Notes under the pieces: model-generated
Told to the model about the DNA's origin: nothing
Seen by the model: only the letters and a program-made list of their open reading frames with translations
Databases searched by the model: none
Shown: positions 24,156-32,000 of the stretch, one piece after another
Layout: each line of letters starts with the position of its first letter
How positions within the stretch are numbered: position 1 is the stretch's first letter
DNA from: Methanococcus maripaludis
GTDB lineage: Archaea > AGJL01 > Methanococci > Methanococcales > Methanococcaceae
NCBI RefSeq assembly: GCF_002945325.1
Contig: NZ_CP026606.1
Coordinates: 810,001 to 842,000 of the forward strand
Direction: 5' to 3'
Length of the DNA: 32,000 nucleotides
Position numbers and translations under genes: made by a program

Positions 24156-24368
24156 ATGGAATTTATTTTACCATCAAATATAAGATCTGGAGCCATGCAT
24201 TTTAAAATGAAGCATACTGTGCAGGCTAAAAAGAATAAAACTAAAATTAGAGAACTTTTTAGTAAAGCCGACGTTTATAAAGAATTTTACCACGATGCAA
24301 TTTCAAAAATTGAGGAAAGGGAAAATAAAGCTAAAAAAGGTAGAAGAACTAAAAAGGCTAAAAAATAA
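24156..24368 (+). CDS. hypothetical Lys-rich small protein (70 aa)
   Basis: ORF track, with GAGGGGGA RBS before the ATG. Basic C-terminal tail KAKKGRRTKKAKK. Confidence 0.4.
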   Translation: MEFILPSNIRSGAMHFKMKHTVQAKKNKTKIRELFSKADVYKEFYHDAISKIEERENKAKKGRRTKKAKK

Positions 24369-24487
24369 GCCTTTTTATTTTTAATTTTTAAACTATTAAT
24401 TCTTTTTTAAGTTTACTTTTTTAAAATTGATTTTAATTTGGGTTTGTGACATGTTTTTTATAGTTTAAATAAGCTATAACTTTGTAG

Positions 24488-24982
<495 letters not shown>

Positions 24983-25154
24983 ATTACTTTTTTCCTAATT
25001 CTTAAGTTTAAAAGATTTTAAAAATTCAGGATTTATGTTATTTATTTAAACCTTGAATTCATCTAGTTTTATTATATTCTATTCTTGTTATCGACAGAAA
25101 ATTTATAAATTAGATTATTGTTATTATCCTTAATTTACTACGAGGGACGTATTC

Positions 25155-28124
25155 ATGCAAACGATTAATGCTGAAAACAACGAAAAAATATACAGAATTG
25201 AGATAGATACGAAAGAAAAAAGTTCTGAAGCAAAAGTAATCGAAAAAAAGCTATCTGAACTTGGATACAGTGTATCAGCAGATGTAAGTAAGGTCTACAC
25301 GATAAATTACGATTTTTCAATTGCGGATGTTGAAAAAATTGCAGATTCACTCCACAATCCAGTAACTGAAACACCAAGGATAAATGTTCCGTCAAATAAT
25401 AAATTCGACTGGGCACTTGAACTTGGATTTTTACCCGGGGTTACGGATAACGTTGCAAACACGACCACTGAAATCATTAACGATCTTTTAAAAATCGATA
25501 TTGGACTCAGCAAGGTATTTTCATCAAAAGTAGTATATTTAAGCGGAAATTTAGCGAAACACGACGTTGAAAAAATTGCAGAAGAACTTATCAACATTTT
25601 AATCGAGAGATACCACATAAAAACCTATGATAATTACGTTAAAGACTGCGGAATGGACTACATTATCCCAAAAGTAAATTTAACGTCTGAACCAAAAGTT
25701 ATTGAAATCAGTCTAAATGTCAGCGACGATGAATTAATCGAAATCGGTAAAAAGGGAATATTGGATCCAGAAACTGGCGAAAGAAGAGGCCCTCTTGCAC
25801 TCGATCTTGATTACATTACCGCAATAAAAGAATACTACCAAAAAGAAGGTAGAAATCCAACAGATATCGAATTAGAAGCACTTGCTCAGACATGGTCTGA
25901 ACACTGTAAACACACTATTTTCGCTTCCCAAATCGATGATATCGAAGAAGGAATCTTTAAAAAGTACATAAGAAATGCTACAAATGAAATAAGGGAAGAA
26001 CTCGGTGAAAAAGACTTCTGTATTTCAGTATTTTCTGATAACTCCGGTGGAATCATCTTTGACGATGAATGGATGGTAACTGACAAAGCAGAAACCCACA
26101 ACAGCCCTTCAGCACTTGACCCATTTGGTGGTGCAATTACAGGAATCGTTGGAGTTAACAGGGATACAGTAGGATTTGGTCTTGGAGCACTTCCTGTTGC
26201 AAACAAATACGGATTCTGCGTTGGAAGGCCAGAAGATACGGAAATAATTTACAGGGGTCAGAATAAATCAAACCCATCACTTCTTCCAAGAAGAATACTC
26301 GATGGAATCGTTCATGGCGTAAATGTTGGTGGAAACCAGTCCGGAATCCCTACACCTAACGGATTTGTCTACTTTGATGATACTTACAAAGGAAAACCTC
26401 TCGTATTCGTTGGAACTATCGGTTTAATTCCAAGAAAACTTCCAGACGGAAGATTAAGCCATGAAAAATCGGCTGAAAATGGAGATAACATTGTAATTAT
26501 CGGTGGAAGAGTTGGAAAAGATGGAATTCACGGTGCAACTTTCTCCTCAGAAGCAATGGACGAAGGAAGCCCTGCAACAGCAGTTCAGATTGGAGACCCA
26601 ATTACTCAGAAAAAACTCTCTGATGCAGTGATCAAGGAAGCAAGAGATAAAGGAATCTACAACAGTATTACCGACAACGGTGCAGGAGGAATTTCCTGTT
26701 CAGTTGCAGAAATGGCTGAAGAATGCGGCGGTTTCGTTGTAGAACTTGAAGAAGTTCCTTTAAAATACCCTGGACTTGAACCTTGGGAAATCTGGATAAG
26801 TGAATCACAAGAAAGAGTTACACTATCCGTTCCAGACGATAAATTAGAAGAATTCATGGATTTAATGAAAATAAGAGGCGTTGAAGCTGTTGTGATTGGT
26901 AAATTTAACAATACCGATAGAGCAGTTGTAAACTACAACGGAAAGACCATAATGGATTTAGAAATGGACTTTTTGCACAATGGACTTCCAAAAAGAAAAT
27001 TAATAACAAAACCATATTCCTACAGGACTGAAGAACCAGAAATTACTGTTGAAAACCAGTTGGAAACTTTTGAAAAAATACTTGGAAACCATAACAACTG
27101 TAGCTTTGAGTACATTTCAAAACAGTACGACCACGAAGTACAGAATAATTCAGTAATAAAACCACTTCAAGGAAAAGGAAGAGTAAATGGAACTGCTTCA
27201 GTTATAAGGCCTCTTTTGAGTAGCCATAAAGGGCTTGTAATGAGCCAATCGCTTCTCCCAAGATTAAGCGAAATCAGCTGCTATGATATGGCAGCATGTG
27301 CCATGGATACTGCAATTAGAAATTGTGTTGCAGTTGGCGGAAATATAAACCATATCGCGATAATGGACAATTTCTGCTGGTGCAGCTCAGATGAGCCTGA
27401 AAGACTATACCAGTTAAAAGATGCTGCAAAATCATGCTACGATTATGCGAAAATCTATCTTACCCCATTGATTTCAGGAAAAGACAGTATGTTTAACGAT
27501 TTCAAAGGATTTGATGAAAATAACAACCCGATTAAAATTTCAGTGCACCCCACATTGATGATGTCGGCTCTTGGTGTAATCGATAACGTGGATAACACAA
27601 ATTCAATGGATTTAAAATTGAAAGACGATTTAATTTACGTTATTGGGGAAACTAAAGACGAATGCGGTGGAAGTGAATTCTACCATGCATTTGGCGAAGT
27701 TGGTGGAAAATCTCCAAAAGTCGATGCAAAATCAGCTAGAAGATTGTACGAAAAAATGTACGAATTAAGCCAAAATGGAATATTTAGCTCATGTGCATCA
27801 GTTGCTGCTGGAGGACTTGTAATTACACTTGCAAAAATGGCAATTTCAGGTTGCCTCGGATTAGAAGCTGATTTATCAAAAGCTCCAAATGAAAATCTTG
27901 AATTTGAAAAAATCATGTATTCTGAAACACAATCAAGATTTATAGTTACTATTGCTCCTGAAAATGAAAAAGAATTTGAAAATTTAATGAAAGAATTCAA
28001 AGTCGGAAAAATCGGAAAAGTTACCGAAAAAGAATTCGTAATTAAGAATAATGAAAATATTGTGATAACTTCAAGCCTTGAAAACATGGACGAAGTGTAC
28101 AGAAGTAGATTTGAGGATTTCTAG
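25155..28124 (+). CDS. purL: FGAM synthase subunit PurL with two fused PurS-like repeats at the N-terminus (989 aa)
   Basis: ORF track. PurL core from about aa 200 (WSEHCKHTIF, DNSGG, ETHNSPSALDPFGGA, GGRVGKDGIHGATFSS, DNGAGG). The N-terminal about 170 aa contain two about 75-aa segments with the PurS pattern (...NPVTE...; ...GVTDN...INILIERYHI). Confidence 0.9.
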   Translation: MQTINAENNEKIYRIEIDTKEKSSEAKVIEKKLSELGYSVSADVSKVYTINYDFSIADVEKIADSLHNPVTETPRINVPSNNKFDWALELGFLPGVTDNVANTTTEIINDLLKIDIGLSKVFSSKVVYLSGNLAKHDVEKIAEELINILIERYHIKTYDNYVKDCGMDYIIPKVNLTSEPKVIEISLNVSDDELIEIGKKGILDPETGERRGPLALDLDYITAIKEYYQKEGRNPTDIELEALAQTWSEHCKHTIFASQIDDIEEGIFKKYIRNATNEIREELGEKDFCISVFSDNSGGIIFDDEWMVTDKAETHNSPSALDPFGGAITGIVGVNRDTVGFGLGALPVANKYGFCVGRPEDTEIIYRGQNKSNPSLLPRRILDGIVHGVNVGGNQSGIPTPNGFVYFDDTYKGKPLVFVGTIGLIPRKLPDGRLSHEKSAENGDNIVIIGGRVGKDGIHGATFSSEAMDEGSPATAVQIGDPITQKKLSDAVIKEARDKGIYNSITDNGAGGISCSVAEMAEECGGFVVELEEVPLKYPGLEPWEIWISESQERVTLSVPDDKLEEFMDLMKIRGVEAVVIGKFNNTDRAVVNYNGKTIMDLEMDFLHNGLPKRKLITKPYSYRTEEPEITVENQLETFEKILGNHNNCSFEYISKQYDHEVQNNSVIKPLQGKGRVNGTASVIRPLLSSHKGLVMSQSLLPRLSEISCYDMAACAMDTAIRNCVAVGGNINHIAIMDNFCWCSSDEPERLYQLKDAAKSCYDYAKIYLTPLISGKDSMFNDFKGFDENNNPIKISVHPTLMMSALGVIDNVDNTNSMDLKLKDDLIYVIGETKDECGGSEFYHAFGEVGGKSPKVDAKSARRLYEKMYELSQNGIFSSCASVAAGGLVITLAKMAISGCLGLEADLSKAPNENLEFEKIMYSETQSRFIVTIAPENEKEFENLMKEFKVGKIGKVTEKEFVIKNNENIVITSSLENMDEVYRSRFEDF

Positions 28125-28943
28125 GTGATAAAAGTGGTTCCAAAAGTACTTGTAATGTCTGGATACGGCATAAATTGTGAAACAGAAACCGCCCACGCAT
28201 TCCAAAAAGCTGGTGCAGAAACGGACATTGTCCACATCAACGATTTAATCGCCGGAAAAAAGAAAATGGCAGATTATGAAATAATCATGTTTCCAGGAGG
28301 GTTCTCATATGGGGACGATACAGGATCGGGTAACGCATTTGCAAACAAAATTAAAAATAACCTATTTGACGATTTAAAAGAATTTATTAATTCTGGAAAA
28401 TTGATTTTAGGAATATGTAACGGATTTCAGGTAATGACCAATTTAGGACTATTTGCACTTCCTTCCACAGATTACGGGGAAAGAATTAGCGCACTTGAAG
28501 CTAATACTAATAATAGATATGAATGCAGATGGGTGCACATTAAAGAAAACGAATCAATTTGCGTGTTTACAAAAGGAATAGACATAACACACGTTCCGAT
28601 TGCCCATGGTGAAGGTAGATTCTACTGCGATGAAAAAACTTACCTTGAATTAAAAGAAAATAAGCAGATTGTATTTAGCTACTGTGATTCTGAAGGAAAT
28701 CCTGCTAATGGGGAGTACCCGTTAAATCCAAACGGAGCTTACTATGATATCGCAGGAATATGTGATAAAACCGGTAGAATATTTGGTTTAATGCCTCACC
28801 CTGAAAGGTCACTTTATTCAATAAGTGAACCAGAATATCAACTTAAAAAAGAAATTGCTAAACGAAATGGAGATACAGTTTCAGAATTTATCGAAAGTAA
28901 CCTCCAAATATTTAAAAACGCGGTTGAATACTTCAATAAATAA
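28125..28943 (+). CDS. purQ: FGAM synthase glutaminase subunit PurQ
   Basis: ORF track. GTG immediately after the purL stop. FPGGFSYGD, LGICNGFQ (catalytic Cys), HGEGRF, MPHPER. Confidence 0.9.
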   Translation: MIKVVPKVLVMSGYGINCETETAHAFQKAGAETDIVHINDLIAGKKKMADYEIIMFPGGFSYGDDTGSGNAFANKIKNNLFDDLKEFINSGKLILGICNGFQVMTNLGLFALPSTDYGERISALEANTNNRYECRWVHIKENESICVFTKGIDITHVPIAHGEGRFYCDEKTYLELKENKQIVFSYCDSEGNPANGEYPLNPNGAYYDIAGICDKTGRIFGLMPHPERSLYSISEPEYQLKKEIAKRNGDTVSEFIESNLQIFKNAVEYFNK

Positions 28944-29075
28944 TTAAAACCCCATTTAATATTCCAATACTCTTTTTAATGATTTTTCGATACATTAATT
29001 TGAAATTTTAACTTTTTTCAGAAATTTATAAATAATTCCGCCCACATATTTTAAATTTATAACTAAAAGGGGGAT

Positions 29076-29438
29076 TTGATGGAAAACTGGAAATTAAGCC
29101 ACACTACAAAATGCTACAGTTGCGGAAAAATTGCAGATCAAATTATTGAAATTTATCCAAATCAAGCGTTAGTCAAATGCAGTAATTGCAATGCTACAAG
29201 ATACTACGTTATTAAAAAAGCCGATATTGAAGATGAAAACAGTTTAAAAGAAGAAGTAGGCGTTAAAAGAAAATACGATAACTGGGTACTTCAAAAAGAC
29301 ATTGACTGTGCCAGATGTGGCCATTTTGGTCCGCAAGACATACTAATCACCGAAAATGGGATATATGTTCGGTGCAGACACTGTGGATTTACACGATACT
29401 ACCGATACCACATTCACGACCCTGTCGGAGGGAAATAA
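29076..29438 (+). CDS. hypothetical protein with two tandem CxxC...CxxC zinc-ribbon modules (about 119 aa)
   Basis: ORF track. CYSCGK...CSNCNATRYYV and CARCGH...CRHCGFTRYYR form an internal duplication. The likely true start is ATG at 29079, after an AAGGGGGA RBS. Confidence 0.55.
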   Translation: MMENWKLSHTTKCYSCGKIADQIIEIYPNQALVKCSNCNATRYYVIKKADIEDENSLKEEVGVKRKYDNWVLQKDIDCARCGHFGPQDILITENGIYVRCRHCGFTRYYRYHIHDPVGGK

Positions 29439-29550
29439 ATATAGTTAAATGATACCTGATAACCAAAAGATATATATAGAACTTCAAATGAATACTAAGT
29501 CAAATATTAAATTTAAATGTTTATTGAATTATACTTTGTGAGGTGGATTT

Positions 29551-31917
29551 ATGGTAGATTTAATGGTCGCAGAAGCCTACCAGGGAGATGTAGGCAAGGG
29601 AATTGTAAGAATTGATCCGCTAACGATGGAAAAACTCTCTTTAAAAGCAGGGGATGCCATAGAAATTGCAGGAAAAGAAAAAACTTACGCAACCGTTTGG
29701 AGAGGATACCTCGAAGATCAGGGAAAAGGCATCATAAGAATGGACGGTATTTTAAGACAAAATACTAAAGCCGGTATTGGGGATAAAGTAAAAATTACCG
29801 TCGTTGAAGTAAAAGAAGCTAAAAAAATAACACTCGCACCTATGCAAGCTGTAAGATTCAGTACAGGGTTTGAAAGCTATGTTGGAAGCAGACTTGTAGA
29901 ACAGGTCGTAGATAAAGGTTCCAAAGTTGTAATTGGAGTTTTGGGAACCGCATTTCCATTCATTGTAACTGGAACTACTCCAAAAGGACCAGTAAAAATT
30001 AATGAATATACCCAAATTGAATTAAAAACCGAACCAGTTACAGAATTAAAGGAAACCAAAGTTCCAAACGTAACTTACGAAGATATCGGTGGTTTAAAAG
30101 AAGAAGTCAAAAAAATCAGGGAAATGGTAGAACTTCCAATGAGATACCCTGAATTATTTGATAAACTTGGTATTGAACCGCCAAAAGGAGTATTACTTGC
30201 AGGACCTCCAGGAACTGGAAAAACTCTGCTTGCAAAAGCTGTTGCAAATGAAGCCGGAGCTAACTTCTACACGATAAACGGCCCCGAAATAATGAGTAAA
30301 TACGTCGGTGAAACCGAAGAAAATTTAAGGAAAATATTTGAAGAAGCTGAAGAAAATTCGCCTTCAATTATATTTATCGATGAAATCGATGCAGTTGCTC
30401 CAAAAAGGGACGAAGCAAGCGGTGAAGTTGAAAGAAGAATGGTTGCCCAGCTTTTAACACTGATGGACGGCCTTGAAAGTAGAGGTCAGCTCGTAATTCT
30501 CGCAGCTACAAACAGACCTGATTCAATCGATATGGCTTTGAGAAGACCTGGAAGACTTGACAGGGAAATTACGATTGGAATTCCCGATAGACACGGTAGA
30601 AACGAGATTTTGCAGATACATACAAGAAATATGCCACTTCAACCAGATTATGAAAAATCTGATGTAATTTCAATATTAAATGAACTTGTTGGAGAATATG
30701 ATAGGAGCAAAATCGAAAGCCTTGTCAAATTAGTCGAAAAAGCGTCATCAGAAGAAGAAATCGAAAAAATATTAAAAGATGGCGAAGTAGAGGACAAAGT
30801 AAAAGTAAAATTAAATCAATTAATGGTAAAAGAACTTGCAGACAAAACCCACGGTTTTGCTGGTGCTGATTTGGCCGCCCTTTCAAAAGAAGCTGCAATG
30901 AAAACTTTAAGAAGATTCCTGCCTGACATCGACCTTGAAAAAGAAGAAATTCCTCGAGAAGTACTTGATAAAATTAAAGTAACTAAAGAAGACTTTGTGG
31001 GCGGTTTGAAAGAAGTAGAACCTTCTGCATTGAGAGAAGTATTGGTAGAAGTTCCAAATATCAAGTGGAGTGATGTTGGAGGTCTTGAAGATATTAAACA
31101 GGATTTAAAAGAAGCTGTTGAATGGCCAATTAAAAATAAAGAAATGTTTGAAAGAATGGGAATAAGGCCCCCAAAGGGAGTTTTACTCTTTGGTCCACCT
31201 GGAACTGGAAAAACATTGCTTGCAAAAGCTGTTGCAAATGAAAGTGAAGCAAATTTCATCAGCGTCAAAGGCCCAGAAATATTCAGCAAATGGGTAGGAG
31301 AAAGCGAAAAAGCAATCCGTGAAATATTTAGAAAAGCAAGACAAGCTGCTCCAACAGTTATATTCTTTGATGAAATCGATTCAGTCGCTCCAAAAAGAGG
31401 AATGGACTTTGGAAGTAGCGGTGTTACTGAAAAAGTTGTAAATCAGCTTTTAACAGAACTTGATGGTCTTGAAGAACCTAAAGATGTAGTGATAATTGCT
31501 GCAACAAACAGGCCCGACATATTAGATCAGGCACTTTTAAGGCCTGGAAGACTCGATAGAATTGTATTAGTTCCTATTCCTAATGAAACAGCAAGACTTG
31601 AGATATTTAAAGTTCACACTAAAGGAATGCCTATTGGAAAAGACGTGAACCTTGAAAAACTTGCAAAAGAAACTAAAGGATATACTGGTGCAGATATAGA
31701 AGCAGTTTGTAGAGAAGCTGCAATGATTGCATTAAGGGAAAATATAAATTCAGAACATGTCGAATCTAGACACTTTGACGGTGCTTTTAAAAGAATTGCA
31801 CCTTCTGTAAAAGATGAAGATATGGATGAATACAAAGACCTCGCAAAAGAATACGGTCAAAACGCAGGCGTATCCGAGATTGAAAAAGGCCCTGAAAATA
31901 CCGGATACCACAGATAA
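29551..31917 (+). CDS. cdc48: CDC48/VCP-type AAA+ ATPase (two AAA domains)
   Basis: ORF track. 788 aa. N-domain GIVRIDP...; two Walker [18 protein letters not shown]; two Walker B ([18 protein letters not shown]); second-region-of-homology motifs. Confidence 0.95.
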   Translation: MVDLMVAEAYQGDVGKGIVRIDPLTMEKLSLKAGDAIEIAGKEKTYATVWRGYLEDQGKGIIRMDGILRQNTKAGIGDKVKITVVEVKEAKKITLAPMQAVRFSTGFESYVGSRLVEQVVDKGSKVVIGVLGTAFPFIVTGTTPKGPVKINEYTQIELKTEPVTELKETKVPNVTYEDIGGLKEEVKKIREMVELPMRYPELFDKLGIEPPKGVLLAGPPGTGKTLLAKAVANEAGANFYTINGPEIMSKYVGETEENLRKIFEEAEENSPSIIFIDEIDAVAPKRDEASGEVERRMVAQLLTLMDGLESRGQLVILAATNRPDSIDMALRRPGRLDREITIGIPDRHGRNEILQIHTRNMPLQPDYEKSDVISILNELVGEYDRSKIESLVKLVEKASSEEEIEKILKDGEVEDKVKVKLNQLMVKELADKTHGFAGADLAALSKEAAMKTLRRFLPDIDLEKEEIPREVLDKIKVTKEDFVGGLKEVEPSALREVLVEVPNIKWSDVGGLEDIKQDLKEAVEWPIKNKEMFERMGIRPPKGVLLFGPPGTGKTLLAKAVANESEANFISVKGPEIFSKWVGESEKAIREIFRKARQAAPTVIFFDEIDSVAPKRGMDFGSSGVTEKVVNQLLTELDGLEEPKDVVIIAATNRPDILDQALLRPGRLDRIVLVPIPNETARLEIFKVHTKGMPIGKDVNLEKLAKETKGYTGADIEAVCREAAMIALRENINSEHVESRHFDGAFKRIAPSVKDEDMDEYKDLAKEYGQNAGVSEIEKGPENTGYHR

Positions 31918-32000
31918 ATAAAAAAATGATTTAATATCATTTTAATTTTCATTTATTAGTTTTAAAACAATTTTTTTAATGTGTTTAAAGTATTTTGGGT

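Noticed and set aside
30640-30840. About 60-aa Glu/Lys-rich insertion in the D1 AAA domain of Cdc48 (QPDYEKSD...KLNQLMVKE), making it 788 aa
   Set aside because: As far as I recall, Methanococcales Cdc48 homologues are generally longer than the about 745-aa archaeal VAT type. This is likely a lineage feature rather than anything new, and it cannot be evaluated without alignments.

Overview
AT-rich archaeal chromosome segment. The gene set and GGTGA-type ribosome-binding sites look like Methanococcus/Methanococcales; this is an inference, no search was run.

RIGHT PART (about 18.7-32 kb): ordinary housekeeping genes. In order: tRNA-Leu(UAA), dph2, thiC, tsaC/sua5-like, mtnP, CTP-type ribK, ribB, archaeal riboflavin synthase, purL with a fused tandem PurS-like N-terminus, purQ, a duplicated Zn-ribbon protein, and cdc48.

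LEFT PART (1-18.7 kb): an accessory island that looks like an integrated element and ends exactly at the 3' end of the tRNA-Leu gene. It contains:
- an mcm helicase gene cut by the window edge, preceded by an operon of small genes;
- a decayed tandem array of small wHTH-regulator cassettes, whose AT-rich noncoding blocks are about 98% identical and packed with the 16-bp palindrome TTTTGTATATACAAAA (candidate origin, centromere or operator array);
- a run of defence-type genes: a SIR2-TPR protein with a small TM partner, a multi-pass membrane protein, an AbiJ-like/HEPN protein, a 4-TM protein translationally coupled to a rhomboid protease, a stand-alone OLD-family ATPase-TOPRIM nuclease, a RelE/RHH toxin-antitoxin pair and an APH-fold kinase.

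MOST UNUSUAL OBSERVATIONS:
1. One 55-60 bp promoter/leader cassette is reused almost verbatim in front of three unrelated minus-strand defence units, with a diverged fourth copy in front of the SIR2 operon.
2. The membrane-protein + rhomboid pair sits directly downstream of the OLD nuclease. I do not recognise it as a described defence architecture.
3. The noncoding repeats are far better conserved than the genes they flank.

All family assignments come from motifs read by eye in the supplied translations. No database search was possible.
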